From Octopus vulgaris (taxonomy: Eukaryota), in the NCBI GenBank assembly GCA_951406725.2, contig OX597816.1, forward strand, positions 58,652,001 through 58,716,000: a DNA stretch of 64,000 bases, in the 5' to 3' direction. The number at the start of each line of letters is the position of its first letter. Positions within the stretch are counted from its first letter, which is position 1. Below, one piece after another: positions 27,461 to 40,769 of this stretch. The notes beneath the pieces are model-generated. The model ran no database searches. It was not told where the DNA came from and worked only from the letters and a program-made list of their open reading frames with translations. The translations under genes and the position numbers were made by a program.

Positions 27461-28240
27461 GACGGATTCTGCCTCATCCATTGTTTGGGCAGTAAACATT
27501 ACAATTTTAGCTCTCAAGAAAGAAAAACAAAACATGTTAAATTCAATCAACCAAGGAGAATAATACAAACACGAAATTTTTCATTTAAACTTCGACGTTA
27601 TTTCCTAAATAGTAAGGCTGTAGCTTTCTTTTCTTCTTTTTTCTTTCGCTTTTTGAGGTTTTGTTTGTGGTTTCGAATATTTTTCTTCGCTTGGAAATGA
27701 AGCGAAAAATAAACGATTATGTAATGAATACATAAAATGAGAAAATTTAAATACAAATTCAAAATGCAATTAATGAAATAAACCAGATGAAATTCTTGCA
27801 CTTTTAAACTTTGTGTTTACAAAAATTGGTTGCGTATTTTTTAATATATATTGTGTAAACTATATTGACTAGACTAATATAATTCTTACTCCTATATTTT
27901 AGTTGGCAAAAATGAAAAACAACAGAGCTTTTGTGTCTCCAAGCCCATCAATTTGACCAGAATTCCAATATAAATCAAGCAAAGATCATTTAGGTCGGAA
28001 CAAATAGTTCTTGTTGATAGAAAACTAAAAATTTACCAACATTGAGCTGGGAAATTTAGGGGGAAAATATTTTTATGGTTATTTCTGTGAAAGGAGATGA
28101 AATGACCCCTGATGTCTTTCGACCTTTCAATCTTTTAGTTTGACTTTTCTCTCGCCCACACAATATCAACGTAAAATTTTTATCGCCCTCTCCCTGTCTG
28201 TCAGTTCGCCTGTCTGCCTGTCTATCTGTCTATCTGTCTG

Positions 28241-28395
<155 letters not shown>

Positions 28396-28521
28396 GTCTA
28401 TCAATCATATATCAATCCATCCATCCATCCATCTATCTATCTTTCTATTTATCTATCTATCTATCTATCTGTCTGTCTATCAATCCATCTATCAATCAAT
28501 CCATCCATCTATCTATCTGTA

Positions 28522-28596
<75 letters not shown>

Positions 28597-29376
28597 TTAT
28601 CTATGTCTCTCTGCCTATCTATCTGTCTGTCTCATTATTCTATCGTTAATGCTTACCATCCTCCCTACCACCTTTCCTATCAGCAATATAATCTTATCAT
28701 TATTCATTTTTTCTTTTTTCTTTCTCACAATTTCTTTATTTCGCTTTCTCTCTTACAGTGTCTCTCTTTCTCTCTCACTTTTTAATTACGATTCTTTCTG
28801 TATTTGTTTTATTAATTACAAATCTCTCTCACTCACACACACACACACACACACACACATCTCTCTCTCTCTCTCACTACTAGCATCACAATAACACCAC
28901 CACCGCATTATCACCACCATCACCACCATCGCCACTATCAACCACCACAGCCCTTGCCATTACCACCCTCCCCACCACCACCACCACCACCACCACCACC
29001 ACCACCACCACCACCACCACCACCCTTAAAGCCACCATCTCCCACCCCACCTCACCCCCCACGACTACCACCCACAACAGACGATTTGTTTCCATTGAAT
29101 AATAACGACTTTAAAATTGGATTAAAATGAAATCGTTGGGCGAGAATCACAGCAAGTCGTCCGTGAAGGTGAAACGAAACAAGAATTCTATAGAATTCAC
29201 TTTTATCGCAGACAATAACCATTATTTTCAATATCACTGAATGGTAGATCGGTGAGGAACGGCACCCAAGAGGTTCATTCGTTTCAGTTAACCTTTCTAA
29301 GATTTAATAATTCTCCGATGTCGTTCATCACTCAAAACAAATTTATATTGGGACGCCCCCGCCCCATCATCATCAT

Positions 29377-29412
<36 letters not shown>

Positions 29413-29866
29413 GACGACGACGACGACGACGACGACTACTACTACTACTACTACTACTACTACCACTACTACTACTAGTACTACTACTACTACTACTACT
29501 ACTACTATTATTATTGTTGTTGTGTTTTTGTTGTTTGTGGTGGTGGTGTTGGTGTTGTTGTTGTTGTTGGTGGTGTTGCTGGTGGTGGTGTTGGTGGTGT
29601 TGTTGTTGTTGTTGGTGGTGGTAGTGATGTTGTTGTTGCTGTTTATTTTATTATCGCCCCGTCCTCCTTCTCCTACCCTCTTCTTTTTCTTCCATAAATT
29701 GGCATACTCATTAAATTCCATGGGAACCCGACGATAATCTCCATACCCTTCTTCTGAAGTCCCGTGTCAAATAAAAATATATCCATCTTCCATCGTCATC
29801 ACCGTCACCACCGCCACACCCACCATCATCATCATCATCATCATCGTCATCGTCATCATCATCATT

Positions 29867-29897
<31 letters not shown>

Positions 29898-29987
29898 TCC
29901 TCATTCCTGGTGTTTCTCACAGTGTTCGAAAAGTGGCTTAATTTTTTTTTTAAGATCTCTCCATGAGGTCTGAGACAAAGAGTAAAA

Positions 29988-30133
29988 CCTTTCTCATTAT
30001 TTAAATTTGACGGATATTTCTCCTCATCTTGTTTGTTGTTAACACAGCGTTTCGGCTGATATACCCTCCAGCCTTCATCAGATGCCTTGGGGAAATTTCG
30101 AACCTGGGTTCTCATTCCTAAGGTATTTTTCGA

Positions 30134-30207
<74 letters not shown>

Positions 30208-30322
30208 TCATATGCTCATAGGCATATGGCGTAGTGGTTAAGAGCATGGGCTACTAACCCCAAGATTCTGAGTTCAATTCCAGGCATTGACCCGAATAAC
30301 AACAACAACAACAACAACAACA

Positions 30323-30364
<42 letters not shown>

Positions 30365-30500
30365 TTGAAAAATACCTTAGGAATGAGAACCCAGATTCGA
30401 AACTTCTCCAAGACACGTGATGATGGTTGTAGTGTATATCAACCGAAACATTGTGTTAGCAACAAACAAGATGAAGACAAATATCCGCCAAATGTAAATT
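29988..30500. mobile_element. Fold-back element: inverted arms (~29990-30140 and ~30357-30500), each with a hammerhead motif, around a tRNA-like core
   Basis: Arms are diverged reverse complements; the centre has ggcatatggcgtagtggttaagagc...gagttcaattccaggca between (TTA)n and (AAC/AAT)n. Confidence 0.8.
30041..30086 (-). ncRNA. Minimal type-I hammerhead ribozyme motif
   Basis: Minus strand: ggcat CTGATGA a ggctg gagggtatat cagcc GAAA cg ct gtgtt; the cleavage triplet is degenerate. The partner at 30412-30457 (+) reads gacac GTGATGA tggttg..caacc GAAA ca tt gtgtt. Confidence 0.65.
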
Positions 30501-30527
30501 ATGTAAATAATGTACATAATGTACATA

Positions 30528-30930
30528 TAGGCGCAGGAGTGGCTGTGTGGAAAGTAGCTTGCTGACCAACCACATGGTTCTGGGTTCAATCCCACTGCGT
30601 GTCATCTTGGGCAAGTGTCTTCTGCTATAGCCCCGGGCCGACTAATGCCTTGTGAGTGGATTTGGTAGACGGAAACTGAAAGAAGCCTGTCGTATATATG
30701 TATATTTATATATGTATGAGTGTGTGTGTCCGTGTGTCTATGTTTGTCCCCCTAGCATTGCTTGACAACCGATGCTGGTGTGTGTTTACGTCCCCGTCAC
30801 TTAACGGTTCGGCAAAAGAGACCGATAGAATAAGTACTGGGCTTACAAAGAATAAGTCCCGGGGTCGATTTGCTCGACTAAAGGCGGTGCTCCAGCATGG
30901 CCGCAGTCAAATGACTGAAACAAATAAAAT
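30528..30930 (+). mobile_element. SINE family A, full-length copy
   Basis: Complete head-to-tail match to family A. Confidence 0.9.
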
Positions 30931-31227
30931 AGTAGTAAATAGTAAATAGTAATTCCTCATCTCTTAAATATAGAACGGTATAACCTTTCTCATGATATAA
31001 GTAGTACCTAATAAGGCATTGTTTTGGTTCAGCGCTGATATCATATTTGATTTTAAGTTATGTCAAAGAATTGTAACAGTTTCTTTGATATGTTCTTCAG
31101 TGTCCCTACAACTACAGGAGCAACTTTGGAAATGGTATTCCTATTTCTTTCTAGTTCCACCTTCGCCTTTGCAGAGTTGGTCATCTTTTTCACTTCTTCA
31201 ACTTGCTTCATTATTCTTTTATTCTGT

Positions 31228-31440
31228 TATGTGTTTCAGTCATTTGACTGCAGCCATGCTGGAGCATCGCTTTTAGTCGAAGAAATCGACCCAAAAGACT
31301 TATTCTTCGTAAGCCTAGTACTTATTCTATAGCGGTCTCTTTTTGCTGAACCGCTAAGTTACGGGGACGTAAACACACCAATATCGGTTGTCAAGCGATA
31401 GTCGGGGTGGGGGAACAAACACACACACTCACACAAACAC

Positions 31441-31514
<74 letters not shown>

Positions 31515-31670
31515 CGGGCTTCTTTCAGTTTCCGTCTACCAAATCTACTCTTTAGTCGGCCAGAGGCTAAAGTAGAAGACACTTGCCCAAGGTGCCACGC
31601 AGTGGGGCTGAACCCAGAACCATGTTGTTGGTAATCAAGCTACTTACCACACAGCCACTCCTGCACCTAT
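31228..31670 (-). mobile_element. SINE family A copy (reverse)
   Basis: Reverse complement of family A. Confidence 0.88.
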
Positions 31671-31679
31671 GGTCACTTA

Positions 31680-32158
31680 CAAATCAAATATTAAAGTTTT
31701 GTGGGATTGTATAACCACCAAATTGATGTCCAGCCATCTCTTTCCCACTACTATCCATTTGTACATTAAGCTCCCACAGAATGTTCACGCTGATATTCTC
31801 CATAACTGACTCTGTTTTGTGTAGATGCTCTTTCCCATGTACTTCTAATTTACCGAGATTCTAGTGAACGTAGTGACTCACCCTATCGTGGAAGGCTTTG
31901 TATTGACGTTGTGCAAGTATCCCACACGAACTGACAATGTGTTCCACGCTCTCTACAACTCCCCATACGCAATCGGCACTTGTCACTTTCAACAATCTTG
32001 TAGATAAACATCTTTATGGAGTTGGTCGCAAGGGCCGCATCCTGGTTTGCCATAAGAAGACGTTTTTGTTCCCCTCTTTAGTTCTCCTTTTCCAATCCAA
32101 GTCCATGAATCAGTAGCCGTCACGTTTTTTGTTTCCCTTTCAAATTTTCCAAGGAATC
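31680..32158 (-). pseudogene. Highly decayed R4/Dong-like fragment
   Basis: GKFERETKNVTATDSWTWIGKGELKRGT, followed by remnants of HIVSSC and YKAFHDRV. Confidence 0.65.
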
Positions 32159-32550
32159 TAATTCCTTTAACAAAAGCACAACACCATCGCCAGCCTCGTG
32201 GTATCGTCACCCCCACCACACACACATATCAACACCACCACCACCATTACCATCTTCATCACTTCCACATCCACATCATTATTACCCTCACCACTCTATC
32301 ACCCACCACTACCACCATCACAACTACAATCCACACAGCCTCACCAACAAATCAGTTGACGTCACGCTAATTAGATTCCGTTAATTCGTTAGTTTCTCCT
32401 TCACAGTTCATTGACTGTTGAATGGCTTCTATATTTTGGTGATGGTACTGGTGGTGGGGGGGGGAGGAGGAATGGCAGGACGGACGCGGCTATTTCATTA
32501 ACCATTTTCATTTGCGTTGTCCCCGAAATATTTCCTTGTGAACAATTTCA
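32159..32550. promoter_or_regulatory. Left copy of an inverted duplication with a conserved CRE/homeobox core (candidate cis-regulatory element)
   Basis: Reverse complement of 37305-37766; contains TGACGTCA (32357-32364) followed by cgcTAATTAg. Confidence 0.5.
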
Positions 32551-33079
32551 ACCCTCCACTCTTGAACTTCAACTCTCCTTGAACTCCAACTCTCCACCCT
32601 CTCATTTTATGATCAGCAGTTAAGTACCACGGCTGTTATAAGTGGTTTCACCTTTTATCTAAATCCGTAACTCAAAGTCCCAGTAAAAATGTCGAGCGTT
32701 GGGTGACAGCGGCAAAAATAGTTAGGATAAACGGATCTACTCTAAGCAAACGCCTGTAGATTGGGCAACAACAGATGAGCAAGGGTCTGTATTGGTCAGG
32801 GAGATTCTAGACCTACAGGTTTCCTCATTTAGTCTAAGCTGCAGATTCCCCTGTGACAGGACTACATCATAGAAATATTCATGTGGTTCTGCAGTAAGAA
32901 GTCTATTCCCCAACGACATTGTTCTGGGTTCAGTCCTACTGCATGATACCTTGGGCATGTGTCTTCTATAGCATCAGGCAGACCAGAGCCTTGTAAATGG
33001 ATTTCATTGACAGAAACTGAAAGAAGTCCATCGTATATATATATGTATGTATATATGTATAAAAATTATATATAAAAAT

Positions 33080-33139
<60 letters not shown>

Positions 33140-33142
<3 letters not shown>

Positions 33143-33418
33143 ACCGACCAGGCTACACATCGCTGGTCACAATGGGATTCACATTGTTTTAGCCTTCAAA
33201 TGACGCCACCCCGCTGGCTAAGCGAGCAGGTCAACAGAAGAAAGAGTGAGAGAAAGTTGCGGCGAAAGAGTACAACAGGGGTCACCACCACCCCTACCGG
33301 AACCTCGTGGAGGTTTAGGTATTTTCGCTCCATAAACACGCACAACACCCGGTCTGGGAATCGAAACCGCGATCCTCTGACCGTGAGTCCGCTGCCCTAA
33401 CCACTCGGCCATTGCGCC
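33140..33418 (-). mobile_element. tRNA-derived SINE family C
   Basis: Minus strand tggccgagtggttagggcagcggactcacgg...ggtttcgattcccagacc (A and B boxes); related heads or bodies at 35150-35370, 38035-38200 and 40105-40355. Confidence 0.75.
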
Positions 33419-33467
33419 TCAACACACACACACACACACATGCACATACACACACACACACACACAT

Positions 33468-33527
<60 letters not shown>

Positions 33528-34184
33528 TTATATATATCTTCGTTCTTTCCACTTTTGTTTTTCTCTTACATTTCTTGGCCTTATATATATGTATGTATAT
33601 ATTCTCATTACTTTGTCTCCTCCTTTACCTCACTCTGTCCCTTTCCATTCTTTTCTCTCTTTCTCGTCCCTCCCTAATTCTTCAATCCCTCTGCCTCTAT
33701 TTCTCTCCTCTTCTTCCACGTGACCGGCGTTCGGACAAGCCTGACCTTTCTTGGTTCGACTACCATCCGTGTAGCATCTCTTATATTCCTTCCCATGACT
33801 TTCATCACTTACGTTCCTGCCGTAAGGTTTCACTTCCACACACGCCAGCTTAATTTAATTCGTCCTTAGTCAAAAGACATCTGTTGTTTGTATTTGTAAT
33901 TGTGTACCATTTCTCCGTTTTTTTTTTCGTCCTTGTTTTCGTATACATTCGCTTGCTTTCCTCCAAAGAATCTAGTGCTCCTCACTTAGATTTTCTTGGG
34001 GCCGACCAGACTGGAGCAGTCTCGAGTGTAACCGGCCGAAACTGCAAAGACGGTCTGGAACTCGACTGAAGATAGAAAGTTCCGAATGACCCATCCTTGT
34101 TATTTCCTGTCCTTTTTTTGTATCATCTAACAGTCCGGATGTTATGTTGTTGCCTGTTACGTTCTTGTTCCATTTTTTGTTTTG

Positions 34185-34247
<63 letters not shown>

Positions 34248-34250
<3 letters not shown>

Positions 34251-35078
34251 ATTGGGTCAACCCATAAATACTGCAGTTTTTTAATTCTTTTATTTTCCAA
34301 AATTAAGATAAGCAAAAGTTCTTTTTTAATCTAAAATATACTCTCCTTAATTTTCTACAATGCTCTTCCATCTATCTGGTAGACTTGCAAGGCCCCTCTT
34401 CCAAAATTCACTTGTCCATGTCGAAAAATACTCCACCAATACTGTTCTGACCTCGTCTATAGAATTCGTATTTTTTTCGTCGAAATGATTTTGAAGACTG
34501 CAGAATAAATGATAATCAGATAGGGCAATGAATATGGTGGGTGGGGCATCGTTTCCCATTCAAACTGTCCCAGCCTTTGGAATGCTATCCTCGCTGTATG
34601 TGGTTGAGCATTATCCTGATGGAAGAACACCATTTGTCTTGAAACCAAAGATGGTCGTTTTCCTTCTAGTGCAGGTGTCAATGAATAGTTGAACGACCAA
34701 ATCCAAGCTTCTCTGCTAGTTCCTCAACAGTTATGATGGAATTTTCTTCCACCAGGGTTTGCAGGACGTCTTCGTCGAGCTCTACAGATCCTCCAGGACG
34801 AGGCTCGTCTTCTAGGCTGTAGTTTCCGGCTCGGTATTTCTGGAACCCCGATCCCCATATGCTGCATTAATATTCCTCACACTTTCCTTTGCGTTGTTGC
34901 TAAAGCAAAATATGCCGAAACTGTTAAAATCGAGCTGCACTCTTCAAAACATGCACTAAGATTAAGGACAAGATAAAATTACTACCTGTTTTTATAGCAA
35001 GTTGATGCAGGTAGTTTATCCTGTCCCCCTCCAACTTTTGGTTCATGTAATTAAAAAACCGCATTATTTATGGGGATA
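34248..35078 (-). mobile_element. Internally deleted mariner element with degenerate TIRs
   Basis: FFHQDNAQPHTA, MPHPPYS and SDYHLFCSLQNH motifs; ends cccataaatactgcagtttttt / aaaaaaccgcattatttatggg; (TA)n on the left. Confidence 0.88.
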
Positions 35079-35095
35079 TGTATATGCGTGTGTGC

Positions 35096-35156
<61 letters not shown>

Positions 35157-35369
35157 GTTAGGCTGTTACACTCACGATCGCAAGATTATGGATTCGATTC
35201 CCAGACCGGGGAGTGCATTGTGGTTTGAGCAAAACACTTTATTTCACGTTACTCCAGTCCCCTTTTTGGTCAGAGGGAGGAATGTTGGCCTGCTCACCTC
35301 GCCAGCGGGGTAGCGTCATTCAATGGGTAAAACGATGCAAAGCGCATTGTAACAAGCGATGTGTAACAA

Positions 35370-35475
<106 letters not shown>

Positions 35476-35857
35476 ATGTATGCATGTATGCATGTATGTA
35501 TGTATGCGTCACTAAGGTAACCAAGGCCACTAATCGGCACCAGTATTACTAGAAATAAGAGTCAACACACCTCAATAGCCAGAGAAGCGCTATCTTAATG
35601 ACTGATAAAGGAGGCAAGCTCCCTACTATCGCAGATAGAGCCAGATCATCGATGATTTCACATTTTGATGCTTAATGCATCTTAATGCTCATCGGTGATA
35701 CCCGCTGTGCCTAGGGTTCAACTCAGCTCACCTTGTCAGCTTATAACATTCCAATTGGAATCTTACGCTGATTTCATAAATGGTAAAATATGGGTGGCTA
35801 ATTCCCAACTTTACAACCTAAAAATACATACACATGTATATATATGGGTGTGTGTCT

Positions 35858-36183
35858 GCGTGGCACCTTGGGCAAGTGTCTTCTGCTATGGCCTCGGGCC
35901 GACCAAAGCCTTGTGATGGGATTTGGGAGACGGAAACTAAAAGAAGCCCGTCGTATATATGTATGTATATATGTATGCGTGTGTATAAGTTTGTGTGTCT
36001 GTGTTTGTCTCCCCAACATCGCTTGGCAACCAATGCTGGTGTGTTTACGTCCCCGTAACTTAGCGGTTCGGCAAAACAGACCGATAGAATAAGTACTAGG
36101 CTTTCAAAGAATAAGCCCTGGGGTCGATTTGCTCGACTAAAGGCGGTGCTCCAGCATGGCCACAGTCAAATGACTGAAACAAG
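35858..36183 (+). mobile_element. SINE family A copy (5'-truncated)
   Basis: Runs from gcgtggcaccttgggcaagtg to ctgaaacaagt. Confidence 0.85.
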
Positions 36184-36249
36184 TATATATATATATATAT
36201 ATATATTTAAAAAAAGGAGATGTCGAACACGAGTGGTGATATATAAAAA

Positions 36250-36420
36250 AGGAAATGAAGAAAATGCTGACAAATAATTGAAGTAATTTAAGTAATTTAA
36301 TTAGGTGAAAGTTCTTTTTACCGGTTGCGCATAACAAATGCGCAACCGGTAAAAAGAACTTTCACCTAATTAAATTACTTAAATTACTTCAATTATTTGT
36401 CAGCATTTTCTTCATTTCCT
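36250..36420. repeat. Perfect hairpin with 83-bp arms and a 5-nt loop, between (TA)n tracts
   Basis: aggaaatgaag...ttgcgcat-aacaa-atgcgcaa...cttcatttcct. Confidence 0.95.
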
Positions 36421-36490
36421 GTTTTATATATATATATATATATACATATTCTTAAACTCCATTCTGTCAACACCTCAAATGTAAAATTCT

Positions 36491-36581
36491 TCCCTGAAGA
36501 CGGAAGCCGGTGTAATCCGATAATAGAATCAAGTTACAATCATTATTTTGGACCACCAAGCCCCCAGAAACAGCTGTTGGA
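36491..36581 (+). ncRNA. Type-I hammerhead ribozyme motif with a long stem II region
   Basis: tcc CTGAAGA ... GAAA cagctg TT gga; palindromic stem III, 3-bp stem I, weak stem II. Confidence 0.6.
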
Positions 36582-37304
36582 TTCGTAAAACTCATATTCA
36601 ACTCCTTTAATTCCTGATATCATTTCTATTCTGCGTAAGTCGGACTTGTTTTTATATGTATTGAATTTTTGTATTAAATGTATTTAATATTTTTTGTATA
36701 TAGTCTGGCCTAACTTGTTTGTCCTTACATTTACTCCTGTATGTATGTATGTATGTATGTATGTATGTATGTATGTATGTATGTATGTATGTATGCGTGC
36801 ATGTATGTATGTATGCATGCATGCATGTATGCATGTATGTATGTATGTGTGTATGTATGTATGTATGTATGTATGTATGTACGTACGTATGTATGTATGT
36901 GTCCTTGTGTCTTTGTGTCTGTGTGTGTGGCCCACCATCGCTTTGTTTACGTCCTCATAACCTAGCCGCTCGGCAAAAGAGACCGATAGAATAAATACCA
37001 GGGTTACAAAAATACTAGGACGATTTGTTCAATTAAAAACCTCTTCAAGGTGGTGCCCCAGCATGGCCGCAGTCTAATGACTGAAGCAAGTAATGGATAG
37101 AAGATGAAACATGCTTTACATACAATGTGCTTTTTATATTATTTCCACTTCCCCCTCTTTCTCACCCTCATTTTGCTACATAACACCTTCCCCCTCACAC
37201 ACACACACTCACACACGCATTGTAAACTGTCGTTGTGATGTTTCCTCATCCGATGCCTCTGTGGCAAATAAGATAAACTAATTATTGTCATTATCATTAT
37301 CAGC

Positions 37305-37766
37305 ATAATTGTGCACAAGAAAATATTTCGGGACAACGCTAATAAAAATGGTTAATGAAATAGCCCCGTTCGTTCTGCCATTAAACCCCACCCCCTCCGC
37401 CCCAGCGCCATTGCCAAAATATAGACGCCATTCAACAGTCAATGAACTATGAAAGAGAAACTAACGAATTAACGGAATCTAATTAGCGTGACGTCAACAG
37501 ATTTGTCGGTATGGTGGGTGGTGGTGGTGGTGGTGGTGGTGGTAGGAGGTGATAGACAGAGTGGGGGTGGTAGTAATGATGGTGATGCGGAAGTGACGAA
37601 GATGGTGCTGGTTGTAGCGTTGTTGTTGGTGTTGGTGGTGTTGGTGGTGGTGGTGGTGGTGGTGGTGGTGGTGATGGTGGGGGGGGTAGCGATACCACGA
37701 GGCCAGAGGTTGTGGTAGTGGCGATGACTGGCGGTGGTGATGGTGTGTTTTGTTGAAGGAATTGGC
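37305..37766. promoter_or_regulatory. Right copy of the inverted duplication with the conserved core
   Basis: Reverse complement of 32159-32550; TGACGTCA at 37489-37496. Confidence 0.5.
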
Positions 37767-38229
37767 TTACAGCGTTGACGACAAAGAAGAAGAAAAGAAA
37801 AAGAAAGAAAGAAAGAAAGAAGAAGAAGAAGAAGAAGAAGAAGAAGAAGAAGAAGAAGAAGAAGAAGAAGAAGAAGAAGAAGAAGAAGAAGAAGAAGAAG
37901 AAGAAGAAGAAGATACTTCCTCCAAGACACTGCGAAGCTGTCTCGAACGCGAAACATCATGGTTGTAAAGGGAACTTTATTACACAGCTCTGATCATGTG
38001 TGAATGTGTATGTGTTCGCGCGCGTGTGTGTGTAAAGGCGCGTGGCTTAGTGGTTAGGGGATTCTGGTTACAATCCTATGGTCGGGAGTTCGATTCCCGC
38101 TGGTGCGTTGTACTCTCGAGGTACGCACTTTATTTCACGTTGCTACACTACACTCTGCTGGTAGAATTGAGTTGTATATGTAATTCAAAGGGTGTTACAC
38201 CACCACCAGTGGCCAGGTTGTCACTCATC

Positions 38230-38484
38230 TGTAACACACCATACTAATCATATCTGTCGGGCATGTGGAAGAGAGTGTAATTCGGCAGGAGGACTTAAAC
38301 GACATGCAAAGGTACATGAAGCCCAGTTACAACTACAGCCGGCTATTACCAGTAAAGCTTTAAGTTACCAATTTTGTACAAGACATTGTAGATCTTTAGC
38401 TGGGCTAAAAAGTCACGTTCGATCACACCACCAGTAACAGTTAAGCTTCGTGCAATGGCCATACTCGATAACGAGGGCGCAGCC

Positions 38485-38490
<6 letters not shown>
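38230..38490 (+). mobile_element. RTE-clade LINE 3' end with C2H2-like fingers
   Basis: HICRACGRECNSAGGLKRHAKVH and FCTRHCRSLAGLKSHVRSH, then a stop and the short UTR hairpin ctcgataacgag before (TA)n. Confidence 0.65.
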
Positions 38491-38535
<45 letters not shown>

Positions 38536-38539
<4 letters not shown>

Positions 38540-38790
38540 GATCAAAATAAAGTAAAAACATGATGCGAAGGATTCAGCGGTACATATGTTTCGGGCCTTT
38601 ATTAGACAGATTTATAACAATGCATAATGTATGTCTGTGGCCTTCTTCAGCCGCGCACAACAGCTGTTGTGCGCGGCTGAAGAAGGCCACAGACATACAT
38701 TATGCATTGTTATAAATCTGTCTAATAAAGGCCCGAAACATATGTACCGCTGAATCCTTCGCATCATGTTTTACTTTATTTTGATCAATT
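38536..38790. repeat. Near-perfect 255-bp palindrome with no spacer, carrying a hammerhead on each strand
   Basis: Centre gcacaacag|ctgttgtgc; the arms differ by a single A/T-run indel. Confidence 0.95.
38673..38750 (+). ncRNA. Type-I hammerhead ribozyme with intact core; mirror copy on the minus strand at ~38577-38654
   Basis: gcgg CTGAAGA a ggcc acaga...tctgt..ggcc c GAAA catatg TA ccgc: stem I gcgg/ccgc, palindromic stem III, predicted cleavage after GUA at 38746. Confidence 0.8.
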
Positions 38791-38856
38791 TACTCCACCA
38801 CCTACACCACCAAACGGTATACACAGGTGCTTATAATTATCAAGTACTCACCCCGA

Positions 38857-38914
<58 letters not shown>

Positions 38915-38916
<2 letters not shown>

Positions 38917-39195
38917 GCTAAAAGGAACAGTGAAAATCCAAACCACGGTTAAGAGTAATTTCGAAGGGGATGAATAATAAACCATTTTCAATAGTTACCA
39001 CTTGTACCTAGGTTTCCTATAATTATACGTTAATTATTAGCGTCCTTGCTGATGAAGAACACGGATAAAAAATTATTTTATTTGTTTATTAATGTTCGAA
39101 ACCTAGGTACTAGTGGTAACAACATGTTTTTATTTTTCCTCTCCTTCGAAATTACTCTTAACCGAGGTTTGGTCTTTGATCGTTACTTTTAGCGT
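38915..39195. repeat. Inverted repeat (38915-39017 vs 39098-39195) overlapping a hammerhead
   Basis: gttaccacttgtacctaggtttc vs gaaacctaggtactagtggtaac; ggttaagagtaatttcgaagg vs ccttcgaaattactcttaacc. Confidence 0.85.
39045..39113 (+). ncRNA. Type-I hammerhead ribozyme motif
   Basis: cttg CTGATGA a gaaca...tgttc GAAA cctagg TA ctag; the inverted arm preserves caag, which would complete stem I. Confidence 0.75.
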
Positions 39196-39320
39196 GTCAG
39201 ATGTCCTGTTTAGGGTCACCTCTTTTGTGTATAAATGTACACTAATTTTATATTAAAAATATGTTATTGACATCTCGATGCATGCTGGCCACTGGTAGAA
39301 ACATTACTCTAATTTTACTA

Positions 39321-39375
<55 letters not shown>

Positions 39376-39522
39376 GTGTGCGTGTGTGTGTGTGTCTTTG
39401 TGTGTGTGTGTATAATTGAAGAAAATGGAGCCAAAGAGTACGGTTGGGCAGCTATGTTTTAATCACTACAATTGTTGAATCCAATTTCTTCAATTTTATA
39501 TTCACACACGACAAATACTCAG

Positions 39523-39588
<66 letters not shown>

Positions 39589-40712
39589 GGATAATATCGA
39601 TATTTAAAATACCGATCTTATCAGGTGGCCAGCATGGGAATAAAAACCTTTCAAATGTAATAATTATTTAAAATTATAATTTTTTGTCTTCTCTCCTGGT
39701 GCTATATAAAGGTTCTGACTGCTATTTCCAGCGTGGTGGTATCTCTTAGATATTCTAAATTATAATTTTATGTATATAAACATAATATCAAAACTGGCAG
39801 ACAATCGGTTACAACGGCCAGGGTTGAAGCTGATCCGGTCAACACAACAGCCTGCTCGTGAATTTAACGTGCAAGTGGTTGAGCACACCACAGACAAGCG
39901 TATCCTTAACGTAGTTCTCAAGGATTTTCAATGTGACAGAGAATGGATTAATGGAATAATGGAACGAGGGATTAATATACATCAACAAGTACTCCAACTA
40001 CCCAATCTCGATCACAAAAGGCATAGTGACTAATATAAGCAAAAGAATATTGAATCTATCTTCGGAAAGAGAAATATTTTTAACAAATTGAGCTCTTTAT
40101 AACAGAGCAAGACACTTTATTTCACGTTGCTCCAGTTCACTCAGCTGTAGAAATGAGTTGCGACGTCACAGGTGCCAAGCTGTATCGGCCCTTGCCTTTC
40201 CCTTGGACAACATCGGTGGCGTGGAGAGGGGAGGCCGGTATGCATGGGTGACTGCTGGTCTTCCATAAAACAACCTTACCCAGACTTGTGCCTCAGAGGG
40301 TAACTCTCTAGGTGCAAACCCATGGTCACTCATGACCGAAGGGGGTCTTTTACCGTTAAAGAGTGACTTCAATTAAAAACTGAAGTCAATGGAACAGCAT
40401 GCACAAAAAGTACTAAAATAAGAAAAAGAAATCTGATATAATCCTACATTAAAAGAAACATATTGTCGTCGGTAAACAAATATTTCGTCAAAACAGAGGT
40501 AACCCTAGATTTTCCAGAAATAATTGCGCGGAGGCCAATTACAGTTGTTAAGATAACATAGACTCCTAAATCTTCCACCACATTTTTTTAAAAAACCCAT
40601 CACCTGGTCAACAATATGAAAAAAAACAAAACTGCAGAAGCACATCAAGAAATTTGCTTTAATGAAAATGTCCATTTATGGAACTTTCTATTTGCTTTTT
40701 GAAACATATTTC

Positions 40713-40769
<57 letters not shown>

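Noticed and set aside
30220-30290. tRNA-like segments (also ~33345-33415) as real tRNA genes
   Set aside because: Acceptor and other stems do not pair fully; the context indicates SINE-type heads.
38192-38437. C2H2 zinc-finger ORF as a host ZNF gene
   Set aside because: No TGEKP linkers, second finger degenerate, and followed by an RTE-type UTR and a microsatellite; better explained as a LINE 3' end.
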